Virus record (IMG/VR): IMGVR_UViG_2698536397_000026
From: a virus
Taxonomy: Duplodnaviria > Heunggongvirae > Uroviricota > Caudoviricetes
DNA length: 39,458 nucleotides
Reading direction: 5' to 3' (one strand)
This document shows, piece by piece, positions 8,170 through 16,639 of the stretch. The notes under the pieces are model-generated. The model was not told the origin of the DNA, did not search any database, and worked only from the letters and a program-made list of their open reading frames with translations. The position numbers were made by a program, and so were the translations under genes. Position 1 is the first letter of the stretch; each line of letters opens with the position of its first letter.

Positions 8170-8721
8170 ATGATGATTTTACAACCCATGGGGCGAAAAG
8201 GTCAGGCACCTGCTCATGTCCGTGCGTGGACACCTGAAGAAGATGCGCTGCTGATTGCGCTTTATCCATCCACCCCGGTTAAGGATATTGCTGTCAGGGT
8301 AAAAAGAAGTTTCTGGGGTGTACATAACCGGATTGTTTTATTACGCGGTACTTACCCGGAGTTGCTCAAATGCAAACGTCCAAGATTTAAACATGATGAA
8401 GATAAATTTATCCGAAAAAATGCCAGAACGATGACCGGTAAGCAAATAGGAGAATATCTGGGGCGAGACCGGGATTCTGTCCACAATCGGGCGCGATATA
8501 TTGGCGTAAGCATGAAAAAATACGGAGAATTGCTGCCCTTCACCCGTATACCTGACGATGATGTTCATCTTATTCGTGAATTACGGGATGCTGAATCACC
8601 ACGACGTCTTACCTTCCGGGAAATAGGCGAGAAATTTGAATTATCCGAGAGTACGGTGAATTTTATTTATCACCATCGCCGGACTGCCGAGGACGCTGTA
8701 TTACGGGAGTTAACGCCATGA
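8170..8721 (+). CDS. hypothetical early protein with three internal HTH-like repeats (183 aa)
   Basis: Three about 45-aa repeats each beginning with an acidic triplet (EED / DED / DDD) and containing a helix-turn-helix-like segment (two with SVHNR / GVHNR). Confidence 0.5.
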   Translation: MMILQPMGRKGQAPAHVRAWTPEEDALLIALYPSTPVKDIAVRVKRSFWGVHNRIVLLRGTYPELLKCKRPRFKHDEDKFIRKNARTMTGKQIGEYLGRDRDSVHNRARYIGVSMKKYGELLPFTRIPDDDVHLIRELRDAESPRRLTFREIGEKFELSESTVNFIYHHRRTAEDAVLRELTP

Positions 8722-8903
8722 TAAAGAGACTTGTATTTTTCGCAATTTTCGTTCCGGTGTTGGGGGTTGGTTTTATATTTGCGATTACAGGAAACCTGTC
8801 CATGATGCCAGATATTTGGTTCTTTATCAGGATGTCGCTCTTCCTGTTTATTATGAATCTTCTTATCGACATATATATCCGTATTACTGGAAAACATAAA
8901 TGA
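8718..8903 (+). CDS. small membrane peptide (61 aa, two predicted TM helices)
   Basis: ATGA overlaps on both sides; hydrophobic FFAIFVPVLGVGFIFAI and FFIRMSLFLFIMNLLI. Confidence 0.45.
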   Translation: MIKRLVFFAIFVPVLGVGFIFAITGNLSMMPDIWFFIRMSLFLFIMNLLIDIYIRITGKHK

Positions 8904-9274
8904 GAAAAATCACGTCCTTGTCAGAGTTACAGGAGATGAATATGAGTATTGAATTAAGATCGTCTTATGAGTATCGCAAATTTCTTATCGCCGGAGGCAT
9001 GAAACCGGAAGATGTGGAAAAAATCGTTTCTTTTATGGATAAGGAATGTGATAAGCGGGATGTGTCAGAAATTATTATGGATGACATGATTCTGGATTCA
9101 GTCGTGGCGTTAAGTCCGTTATGGATTGTGCATTCTCTTGCGGAAATTGCCAAAGGCACCGATAAACAGGCAGCTGTTGCTGCCCTTCAGACGCTTAATG
9201 AAATGCGTATATCTCCACGCCCGACATTAATACAGATGATTTTGTCCAGTATGGAGGATAAAGCAAATGAATAG
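8900..9274 (+). CDS. hypothetical early protein (124 aa)
   Basis: ORF translationally coupled to neighbours. Confidence 0.5.
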   Translation: MRKITSLSELQEMNMSIELRSSYEYRKFLIAGGMKPEDVEKIVSFMDKECDKRDVSEIIMDDMILDSVVALSPLWIVHSLAEIAKGTDKQAAVAALQTLNEMRISPRPTLIQMILSSMEDKANE

Positions 9275-9464
9275 TCTACCCGCTGGATGGGCGCGCCCTC
9301 TGATGGCTAAGAAGCATCATTTTTTTAAAACTGGCGATAATATCAGTATATGTAGGCGGTGGTTATATCTGGCTCATAATCGCGAGCCGGATACATTTGA
9401 AAGCCCTGATGACTGTGCCGAATGTCGCAGAAGACTGAATAAGGAGAAAGATAATGGACAATAG
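9267..9464 (+). CDS. small Cys-containing protein (65 aa)
   Basis: ORF overlapping neighbours; C-terminal CAEC pair. Confidence 0.4.
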   Translation: MNSLPAGWARPLMAKKHHFFKTGDNISICRRWLYLAHNREPDTFESPDDCAECRRRLNKEKDNGQ

Positions 9465-9750
9465 TTCTCTGTTGTTCTGGTGCTTATATATCACATCCTT
9501 TTTCGGCGCATTTGTTATTACCCGGTGGTTATGTCGAAAAATCATCTGCTTTTTTGATAAAAGACATCCGGTTGAACGGGCGGCTGATGCGCTCATTCAG
9601 CAGGCCATTGTGTTATATAGCGGTGAATTTTTCTGCCGGATAACAACCAGAGATGGCTGGCACATAATGATTATTCCACCAACACACCATGCCCGGTGGG
9701 ATGAGGCAGAAAAGGCTTTCCATGTCCGTAAAAAGGTAAATACGGTATGA
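9454..9750 (+). CDS. hypothetical membrane-anchored early protein (98 aa)
   Basis: N-terminal hydrophobic LLFWCLYITSFFGAFVI; ATGA overlap with gemA. Confidence 0.5.
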   Translation: MDNSSLLFWCLYITSFFGAFVITRWLCRKIICFFDKRHPVERAADALIQQAIVLYSGEFFCRITTRDGWHIMIIPPTHHARWDEAEKAFHVRKKVNTV

Positions 9751-10256
9751 GAGGAAAACTGATATCCGCCATTCATGTGGCAAAGCGCGAGCTTGCCCTG
9801 GATGATGAGACTTATACATCCGCGCTGCTGGCAGCCACCGGCAAAACCAGCTGCCGGGATATGTCACCGGATGAGTTATCCCGCGTGCTGGATGTTTTCA
9901 AAAAACGCGGTTTTAAAGTGCGTCAGAACCCGGTTAACCGGGCCTTAAAACCGGGTACGGTGACCGCCAAAATTCGCGCCATCTGGAAGGTGATGCACCG
10001 GCAGGGCTTTATCTCTGATGGTGCGGAAACCGCCCTTAACCGCTGGGTGAAATCGCAGACGGCCGCGCAAAACGGCGGCGAAGGTGTGGCAAACTGGCAG
10101 TGGCTGGAGCAACACCCCGCCCTGGCCTCAGATGTGCTGGAGCGTCTCAAGCGATGGCACCGCCGCAAAATGCTGGCCGCGATGGGAATGCCCGAACGCA
10201 CGCTGATGGGGTATGACGCCGTTTGCAGGCAGTATGAAAAATCACTTCCCCGTTAA
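9747..10256 (+). CDS. gemA: GemA / Mu gp16-like regulatory protein
   Basis: 169 aa, last gene of early operon; N-terminal IHVAKRELALDDETY...TGKTSCRDMSPDEL pattern typical of GemA family as I recall it. Confidence 0.65.
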   Translation: MRGKLISAIHVAKRELALDDETYTSALLAATGKTSCRDMSPDELSRVLDVFKKRGFKVRQNPVNRALKPGTVTAKIRAIWKVMHRQGFISDGAETALNRWVKSQTAAQNGGEGVANWQWLEQHPALASDVLERLKRWHRRKMLAAMGMPERTLMGYDAVCRQYEKSLPR

Positions 10257-10260
10257 CTCC

Positions 10261-10290
10261 AAATCCCGCCACAACGCGGGATTTTTATTT
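10261..10290 (+). terminator. rho-independent terminator ending the early operon
   Basis: AAATCCCGC-CACAAC-GCGGGATTT hairpin followed by TTTATTTT. Confidence 0.65.
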
Positions 10291-10325
10291 TAAACTTACC
10301 GGGAACGCGAGAACCGGAGGCTGAT

Positions 10326-10751
10326 ATGGCAGAAACTCAGATGAGCATGTTTGGTGGTGACAGTGAGCAACTGCACGCCCTTATCGACCGCCTTGATGAC
10401 ATCCCTGATGATGTTCTCAAAAAGAACTGGCCGCGGACCCTGTCAGAACTGGTTGAAGTCACCGGCGCAGAACTTCAGCGTCAGGGGATTGAGCCGGTAC
10501 TGGCCGGTAAACTGGCACGCAAGGTGGCTGCGGCTCAGGCAGCCTATATGGGCGGACGGGGTTATTACCTGCCGGTCGGGGAATCTCTCTTTGCCGAGCT
10601 GCGAAACAATGAGATATTTTCGCGCTGGGACCGGGGCGAGAAAATTGAATCCCTTCGCCGCCATTACCGGATGTCAGAAACCCAGATTTATACCGTCATA
10701 CGCGAACAGCGCCGTCTGCATCTGGCAAGAACGCAACCGCCACTTTTCTGA
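10326..10751 (+). CDS. Mor/C-family transcriptional activator (middle/late gene activator)
   Basis: 141 aa; C-terminal HTH region and ending ...QPPLF, similar to Mu Mor / C proteins as I recall them; own RBS GGAGG after terminator. Confidence 0.7.
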   Translation: MAETQMSMFGGDSEQLHALIDRLDDIPDDVLKKNWPRTLSELVEVTGAELQRQGIEPVLAGKLARKVAAAQAAYMGGRGYYLPVGESLFAELRNNEIFSRWDRGEKIESLRRHYRMSETQIYTVIREQRRLHLARTQPPLF

Positions 10752-10822
10752 TATTCCGCAAAGCCTGCCGCCTCTCCTTCACCGTTACGCTGACTCAGAG
10801 AACATCATGAGACAGCGTAACA

Positions 10823-11323
10823 ATGCCAAAACTCCCCGCACCACTGCGTAAAAAGCTGATTGCCCTTGTTCTGGCCGGTGCCGGGACGTTCACGATTGCC
10901 ACGCATTACACCGGTTACTGGGAAGGGAAAGAAAACTCCACGTATATCGATCCCACCGGTACACCCACCATCTGTTACGGCCATACCGGCCCGGATGTGA
11001 AACCGGGTATGACCCTGACAGATGAAGAATGCCTGGAACTACTGGAAAAGGACATGAAATGGGCCTTTGCGGCCATTGATCGGCGTGTTCAGGTGCCGCT
11101 TACCCGTGGTCAGACGGTGGCGCTGGCTTCGTGGATCTTCTGGGCCGGTGAAACGAACTTTCGCAACTCCACGCTTCTGCGCCTGATCAATGCCGGGCAG
11201 ATGCCCGCGTCCTGTAAGCAGTATATCCGCTGGATTTATTCAAAGGGGGTGAAACTCCCCGGCCTTGAGGCCCGCCGTTCGGCGGATGAATGGTTATGTC
11301 GCTACGACTTGCCGAAAGTCTGA
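10823..11323 (+). CDS. lys: endolysin, T4-lysozyme-like (GH24), probable signal-anchor-release (SAR) type
   Basis: 166 aa; hydrophobic N-terminus LIALVLAGAGTFTIA followed by YWEGKENSTYIDPTGTPTICYGHTG lysozyme catalytic region. Confidence 0.8.
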   Translation: MPKLPAPLRKKLIALVLAGAGTFTIATHYTGYWEGKENSTYIDPTGTPTICYGHTGPDVKPGMTLTDEECLELLEKDMKWAFAAIDRRVQVPLTRGQTVALASWIFWAGETNFRNSTLLRLINAGQMPASCKQYIRWIYSKGVKLPGLEARRSADEWLCRYDLPKV

Positions 11324-11396
11324 ACCGCTTCTGGCGACCGCTCATGATAGCGCTGCTGTGTGCGGTACTGCTGTTACGGGGTGTCCTGTGGCTGCG

Positions 11397-11786
11397 GTGA
11401 ATAATGCCTTACCGGCCCTGATTGCCGGGGCGTGCATGGCGGCGCTGGGGATTATCGCTGTACTGGTTGCCGCTATATGGGGAATGCACCAGAAGACGCA
11501 GCGCCTTGAAGACAATAATCAGGTGCTTGTGCGTGAGCGGGATGAGGCGCGTCAGGTGCTGGCAAATCAGCAGCACACCCTGCAACTCATTTCACAAATC
11601 AGTGAGGCGGCCACGAATGAAAAACAACAGAACATTCAGCACAGCGAGGGGCAGCAGAGCGTTGTCCGCCGGTCGCTGGCGGCAGTGCCTGCGGCCTCTG
11701 CCCCTGTTCCTGATGATGTGGCTGATCGGGTGCGCCGGGCCGTCTGTGAAATACGTGCCTGTGAAGCCGGTGCCGATCCCCGCTGA
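11397..11786 (+). CDS. i-spanin (Rz-like), GTG start proposed
   Basis: N-terminal TM segment LPALIAGACMAALGIIAVLVAAIWG then coiled-coil-like periplasmic region; directly after endolysin. Confidence 0.55.
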   Translation: MNNALPALIAGACMAALGIIAVLVAAIWGMHQKTQRLEDNNQVLVRERDEARQVLANQQHTLQLISQISEAATNEKQQNIQHSEGQQSVVRRSLAAVPAASAPVPDDVADRVRRAVCEIRACEAGADPR

Positions 11787-11988
11787 ATGGCTGGCTGACT
11801 GCCTGGTCCCTCCTGCGCCGGAGCCGTTCACGTTTGGGGCATCGGTCACTTACAACCTGCAACTGCTGGCGGTGATCAAGAACTGCAACGTGGACAAGGC
11901 CAGTATTCGTCGTCTGGAGGCGCGGCGACAACATGAATTTACTGATATGGCCGGAACGCCTGCTGTTCCGGCAGGAAAGACGAAGTAA
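11617..11988 (+). CDS. o-spanin (Rz1-like lipoprotein), nested in +1 frame within i-spanin
   Basis: MKNNRTF... signal with lipobox-like LIGC then Pro-rich mature region; starts inside the i-spanin gene in another frame. Confidence 0.6.
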   Translation: MKNNRTFSTARGSRALSAGRWRQCLRPLPLFLMMWLIGCAGPSVKYVPVKPVPIPAEWLADCLVPPAPEPFTFGASVTYNLQLLAVIKNCNVDKASIRRLEARRQHEFTDMAGTPAVPAGKTK

Positions 11989-11998
11989 GGAAAAAGGT

Positions 11999-12226
11999 AT
12001 GGATGATTCAGATCGTGCTCAGGCTGTGATGGAGCGGGGATCAGAACGCGCCCTTTGTAACCGGCTGACACGTAAGCGCCGGGCAATGGATGCTCCGGGC
12101 AGACGTGTCTGCGCGGACTGTGGCGGAGAGATCCCCGCCGCACGTCTTGTTGCTGTGCCGGATGCCATCCGTTGTGTGAACTGCCAGAACATCATGGAGG
12201 CCCGTCATGTGGGTCAGCATCGTTAA
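11999..12226 (+). CDS. TraR/DksA-type C4 zinc-finger protein (75 aa)
   Basis: CADCGGEIP...RCVNCQ four-Cys motif; RBS AAGGAAAAAGG; start at ATG 11999 (track ORF starts 11933). Confidence 0.6.
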   Translation: MDDSDRAQAVMERGSERALCNRLTRKRRAMDAPGRRVCADCGGEIPAARLVAVPDAIRCVNCQNIMEARHVGQHR

Positions 12227-12515
12227 AGATTATGTTGTGCCGATCCTTTCGGCGACGGCAACCGCTGGCGGGATATTCATGGCGCTGATGCGCAAAACGT
12301 TTGTCCCCCGCGAGGCCTTTGAAAAACTCTCCGACCGCGTTGAGAAGGTGGAAACCCGCCTGTCGTCACTGCCGACAGAAGCCGAGGTCAACCGTCTGAA
12401 TGTGGAAATCGTGACCCTGCGGGGTGAACTGAAAACCACGAACGCCACGCTCCGCTCTGTCTCCTATCAGAACGAACTGCTGCTGGAGCAGGCTGTAAGG
12501 AAAAAAACGCAATGA
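12207..12515 (+). CDS. membrane-anchored coiled-coil protein (102 aa), possibly lysis- or morphogenesis-associated
   Basis: N-terminal hydrophobic VVPILSATATAGGIFMALM followed by heptad-like region. Confidence 0.5.
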   Translation: MWVSIVKDYVVPILSATATAGGIFMALMRKTFVPREAFEKLSDRVEKVETRLSSLPTEAEVNRLNVEIVTLRGELKTTNATLRSVSYQNELLLEQAVRKKTQ

Positions 12516-12802
12516 GTGATTTCATTACTGAAGATCAGCGTCTGGTCATTCTGCGGTCGCTGGCAGATTACAACGGTGAACTGGGTGAATCCGTGCTCCA
12601 GGACTGTCTGGATGATTACGGCCACCGCGTGTCCCGCGACACCGTTCACACCCACATTGCCTGGCTTGCCGAGCAGGGACTGGTGCGTAAGCGCACGCTC
12701 GTTAACGGTTATTTCATCGCCGAACTGACCGGCCGGGGTCAGGATGTGGCGGAAGGTCGCGCCAGCGTTCCAGGTGTGAAGAAACCACGCGCAAGGGGGT
12801 AA
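12512..12802 (+). CDS. hypothetical protein (96 aa)
   Basis: ATGA-coupled ORF. Confidence 0.5.
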   Translation: MSDFITEDQRLVILRSLADYNGELGESVLQDCLDDYGHRVSRDTVHTHIAWLAEQGLVRKRTLVNGYFIAELTGRGQDVAEGRASVPGVKKPRARG

Positions 12803-12804
12803 CG

Positions 12805-13386
12805 ATGGACAAGCCGACGCGTGGACGCGTGCGCAAGGTGGATTTGCTCCCCGACAGCATCCGTAAGCCACTGCTGGAAATGCTGCGTGAAAAACGTCTG
12901 ACGCAGGTCCAGATACGCGAGGAAATCAACCGTCTGATCCGTGAGGCGGGCCTGCCGGAAGAGCAGCAGCTTTCACCGGCGGCCATCAGCCGGGAAGCCT
13001 CCCGTAATGAGCTGATTGCCCGTAACCTGCGTGATTTACGCGAGCAGACAAAAGCCATGATGGCCGAACTGGGAGACAAGCCAACCGGTGAAACCACAGC
13101 GCTGATTCTGGAGATGTCCCGCGCCCTGATGTACCGCCGTCTGCGTGCCGCGACCGAATCCCTGAACAGTGACAGCGACGTGGATATGCGTCTTATTAAG
13201 GACATCCTCCTGTCAGCACAGCGTGCGGAAAGTGCCGCCGAGCGCAGCATTAAGCGTGAAAAAGAAATCCGGGCCGCATTTGCTGAAGAGATGGCAAACG
13301 CCGTCACCGACGAGCTGCGCGGCGTGGACGGGATGAGTGAACAGCTTGAGTCCCGTATTAAGGGGATTCTGTTGGGTAAAGCCTGA
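12805..13386 (+). CDS. DNA-binding / small terminase-like protein (Mu gp27-like)
   Basis: 193 aa immediately upstream of large terminase; RBS AAGGGGG. Confidence 0.5.
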   Translation: MDKPTRGRVRKVDLLPDSIRKPLLEMLREKRLTQVQIREEINRLIREAGLPEEQQLSPAAISREASRNELIARNLRDLREQTKAMMAELGDKPTGETTALILEMSRALMYRRLRAATESLNSDSDVDMRLIKDILLSAQRAESAAERSIKREKEIRAAFAEEMANAVTDELRGVDGMSEQLESRIKGILLGKA

Positions 13387-15050
13387 TGAATAACGCCGAA
13401 GAACTCTCCCCCTTACTGACGAATACCGTCTCCACCCGCAAAATTGATCTGGCCGGTGAAAAAGCCCTGCTGGGCGTGGATGTGCCGGACAGCCTTGATT
13501 TGCCCGGTGATATGCCGGTATTTCTGGATTATCAGGCCCGCTGGTTTGAGGATGAAAGCGAGGTCTGCATCGCGGAAAAATCCCGCCGCACCGGGCTTAC
13601 CTGGGCGGAAGCCGGGCGTAACGTCATTACCGCCGCAAAGCCTAAGCGGCGTGGTGGCCGCAATGTGTTTTATGTGGGGTCAAAGCAGGAGATGGCGCTG
13701 GAATATATTTCTGCCTGCGCACTGTTCTCCCGTGCCTTTAACCAGCTGGCAGATGCTGATGTGTATGAGCAGACCTTCTGGGATCGGGATAAAAAAGAAG
13801 AAATTCTGACCTACATGATCCGCTTTCCGAACAGTGGATTCAAAATTCAGGCACTGTCTTCCCGTCCGTCAAACCTGCGCGGCCTTCAGGGGGATGTGGT
13901 GATTGATGAAGCCGCGTTCCACGAGTCACTGGATGAGCTTCTCAAGGCGGCAATGGCGCTCACCATGTGGGGCGCGCGCGTGCGTATTATCTCCACGCAT
14001 AACGGCGTCGATAATCTGTTTAATCAGTACATTCAGGAAGCCCGCGAAGGGCGCAAGGATTACAGCGTCCACCGCATTACCCTGGATGATGCCATTGCGG
14101 ACGGGCTGTACCGTCGTATCTGTTATGTCACCGGCCGCGAATGGTCACCGGAAAGCGAGCAGAAGTGGCGTGATGATCTCTACAAAAACGCCCCGACCCG
14201 TGAGGATGCCGACGAGGAATACGGCTGTATCCCGAAAAAATCCGGCGGTGCCTATATTCCTCACGCGCTTATTGAAATGGCGATGCTCCGCGACATCCCG
14301 ATTCTGACGTTTGAAGCCCCGGACGACTTCATCAGCCGTGCCGCATGGCTGCGTGAATCGGAGGTTTTAACCTGGTGTGAAGAACATTTAAAACCGCTTT
14401 TAGAGGCGTTAAATCCCCGTTCCCGCTTCAGCTTCGGGGAAGACTTTGCCCGCATCGGTGACCTCTCCTGCTTTGTGCTGCTGGAAATCACTGAATCCCT
14501 GGCAAAACGCGAGGTGTTTCGCGTGGAGCTGCGCAACCTGCCGTATGCCCAGCAGGAGCAGGTGATGATGTACATCCTGACCCGCGTTCCGGCGCTGGTC
14601 GGTGCGGCGTTCGACGCCACCGGTAACGGCGGCTATCTGGCCGAAGCCGCGCTGCTGGCCTTTGGCCCGGACATCATCGACTGCGTGATGTTATCGCCGA
14701 AGTGGTACGGCGAGTGGATGCCAAAACTGAAGGCCGAGTTTGAGGATCAGAATATCCTCGTCGCCCGCCATCAGACCACGCTTGATGATTTGCGCCATGT
14801 GAAGGTGGTGAACGGTATCCCGCAAATTGACAAGGGGCGTACGAAGGACCAGAACGCAACGGCTGTGAACGCCCGCCGCCATGGCGATTTTGCCGTGGCG
14901 CTCTGTATGGCAAACCGGGCGTCATACATGGAGGGCTTCATCCTGGATGAATCAGCCTGTCAGGCGCTGCCGGAGCGGTCGCGGGCCATGGAGGGCGGTT
15001 ATCGTGATGACGATGAGGCATATCATGAATTTGATCGGGGGTGCTGGTAG
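13386..15050 (+). CDS. terminase large subunit (Mu gp28-like)
   Basis: 554 aa; Walker-B-like GDVVIDEAAFHE; position before portal. Confidence 0.7.
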   Translation: MNNAEELSPLLTNTVSTRKIDLAGEKALLGVDVPDSLDLPGDMPVFLDYQARWFEDESEVCIAEKSRRTGLTWAEAGRNVITAAKPKRRGGRNVFYVGSKQEMALEYISACALFSRAFNQLADADVYEQTFWDRDKKEEILTYMIRFPNSGFKIQALSSRPSNLRGLQGDVVIDEAAFHESLDELLKAAMALTMWGARVRIISTHNGVDNLFNQYIQEAREGRKDYSVHRITLDDAIADGLYRRICYVTGREWSPESEQKWRDDLYKNAPTREDADEEYGCIPKKSGGAYIPHALIEMAMLRDIPILTFEAPDDFISRAAWLRESEVLTWCEEHLKPLLEALNPRSRFSFGEDFARIGDLSCFVLLEITESLAKREVFRVELRNLPYAQQEQVMMYILTRVPALVGAAFDATGNGGYLAEAALLAFGPDIIDCVMLSPKWYGEWMPKLKAEFEDQNILVARHQTTLDDLRHVKVVNGIPQIDKGRTKDQNATAVNARRHGDFAVALCMANRASYMEGFILDESACQALPERSRAMEGGYRDDDEAYHEFDRGCW

Positions 15051-16639
15051 TGGGACGTATAATTGATCTTGACGGAAAACCTTTCTCCTTTGACCCGGAG
15101 ATGCAGAGCGCCGCGCTGGATATTCCGCAGATTGCCAGCCGTTATATTGAACATCCGGCCTCGGGTATCACCCCGAACCGGGCGGCACAGTGCCTTCGCG
15201 GGGCTGAACGTGGCGATCTGATTGCCCAGTCCGATCTGGCCGCTGACATTGAAGAAAAGGATACCCACCTTTTTGCAGAGCTGGGCAAGCGACGCCTTGC
15301 CATTCAGGGGGTGCCCTGGAGTATTGAGCCGCCACCGAACGCCAGCGCGAATGAGAAAAAGGACGCGGAAATGCTCGACGAATACCTGCATTCCGCCGAC
15401 TGGTTTGATGCCATGCTGTTTGATGCCACCGATGCCATCCTGAAAGGCTATTCCTGCATGGAGATTGAGCACGGGATGCTCGGTAAAATGCACATCATCC
15501 GCGCCATCCGCTGGCGTGACAGCGGGCATTTCTGCCTTAACCCGGATGATTTGAGCGAACTGCGGCTGCGTGACGGCAGCCATGCCGGGGTGGCGTTTCA
15601 GCCCTTTGGCTGGATAGTGCATCAGTCACGTTCACGCACCGGTTACGGCGGCGCAACAGGGCTTGTCAGAACGCTTATCTGGCCGTTCATTTTCAAAAAC
15701 TATTCCGTGCGCGATCTGGCTGAATTTCTGGAGGTGTACGGCCTGCCGATGAAGATCGGTAAATACCCGTCCGGGGCAACGCCGGAGCAGAAAAGCGCCC
15801 TGATGCGGGCGGTGATGGATATCGGGCGACGTACAGGCGGGATCATCCCGGCCGGGATGTCTCTGGAGTTTCAGGCAGCCGCGAACGGTCAGGCCGATCC
15901 GTTTGAAACCATGATTTCGTGGGGGGAGCGTTCCATCTCCAAAGCAATACTCGGCGGCACGCTGACCACGGAAGCCGGAGACAAAGGCGCGCGCTCGCTG
16001 GGTGAAGTGCATAACGAGGTGCGCCGGGAAATCAGGGATTCTGATTTACGCCAGCTGGCCGCCACGCTGAACCGCGATCTGGTGTATCCGCTGTATGCCC
16101 TGAACACCGCCCACGCCATTGATATCCGTCGCCTGCCGCGTATCTGTTTCCAGACAAAAGAGCCGGGGGATATCACCAAAATCACCAGTGCGGTGATGCA
16201 GCTCAGTACGGGGATGGATATTTCTGATCCCTGGATAAGGGAGCAGACCGGTATTCCGCAGCCCACGCCCGGTGAAGCCATCTTCCGTGTCCGTCAGAGT
16301 GGCAATGAACCTGCTCAGACAGACAAAGAGATGCCACCGGAAAAACAGGAGAAGACAGAGCAGACAGCGCTGGCTGCCAGACTGCCGGAAGCGAAAAGCA
16401 GCCCCCGTGATGAACTGGACGACATGGGGGATGCGGTGCCTGCCCGCCGGTTACAGGAGGCCATCGACCCGGTACTGGAGCCGGTCATTGATGCCATCAG
16501 AACGCGGGGGCTGGCGGAGGCACTGGCAGACCTGCCCGCCCTTTACCGTGAAATGGATGATTCCCGCCTGATGACGCTGCTCAGTGATGCCATGTTTGCT
16601 GCGGAAATGAAGGGGATGCTGGATGGCACAGGGGATTGA
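15041..16639 (+). CDS. portal protein (Mu gp29-like); start uncertain (GTG 15041/15050 or ATG 15101)
   Basis: 532 aa, follows terminase; acidic C-terminal region. Confidence 0.65.
   Translation: MLVVGRIIDLDGKPFSFDPEMQSAALDIPQIASRYIEHPASGITPNRAAQCLRGAERGDLIAQSDLAADIEEKDTHLFAELGKRRLAIQGVPWSIEPPPNASANEKKDAEMLDEYLHSADWFDAMLFDATDAILKGYSCMEIEHGMLGKMHIIRAIRWRDSGHFCLNPDDLSELRLRDGSHAGVAFQPFGWIVHQSRSRTGYGGATGLVRTLIWPFIFKNYSVRDLAEFLEVYGLPMKIGKYPSGATPEQKSALMRAVMDIGRRTGGIIPAGMSLEFQAAANGQADPFETMISWGERSISKAILGGTLTTEAGDKGARSLGEVHNEVRREIRDSDLRQLAATLNRDLVYPLYALNTAHAIDIRRLPRICFQTKEPGDITKITSAVMQLSTGMDISDPWIREQTGIPQPTPGEAIFRVRQSGNEPAQTDKEMPPEKQEKTEQTALAARLPEAKSSPRDELDDMGDAVPARRLQEAIDPVLEPVIDAIRTRGLAEALADLPALYREMDDSRLMTLLSDAMFAAEMKGMLDGTGD

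Noticed and set aside
10351-10851. 166-aa ORF overlapping the Mor/C-family gene in another frame
   Set aside because: Cys/Trp/Arg-rich out-of-frame translation; the Mor/C frame has the RBS and the recognisable C-terminal motif.
11265-11396. Upstream extension of the i-spanin ORF overlapping the endolysin 3' end
   Set aside because: The extension overlaps lys in another frame and lacks an RBS; GTG at 11397 just before the TM segment is a more plausible start.
12714-13307. 197-aa minus-strand ORF
   Set aside because: Antisense to the gp27-like gene; Ser/Arg-rich low-complexity translation.
15023-15622. 199-aa minus-strand ORF
   Set aside because: Antisense to the portal gene; no independent support.
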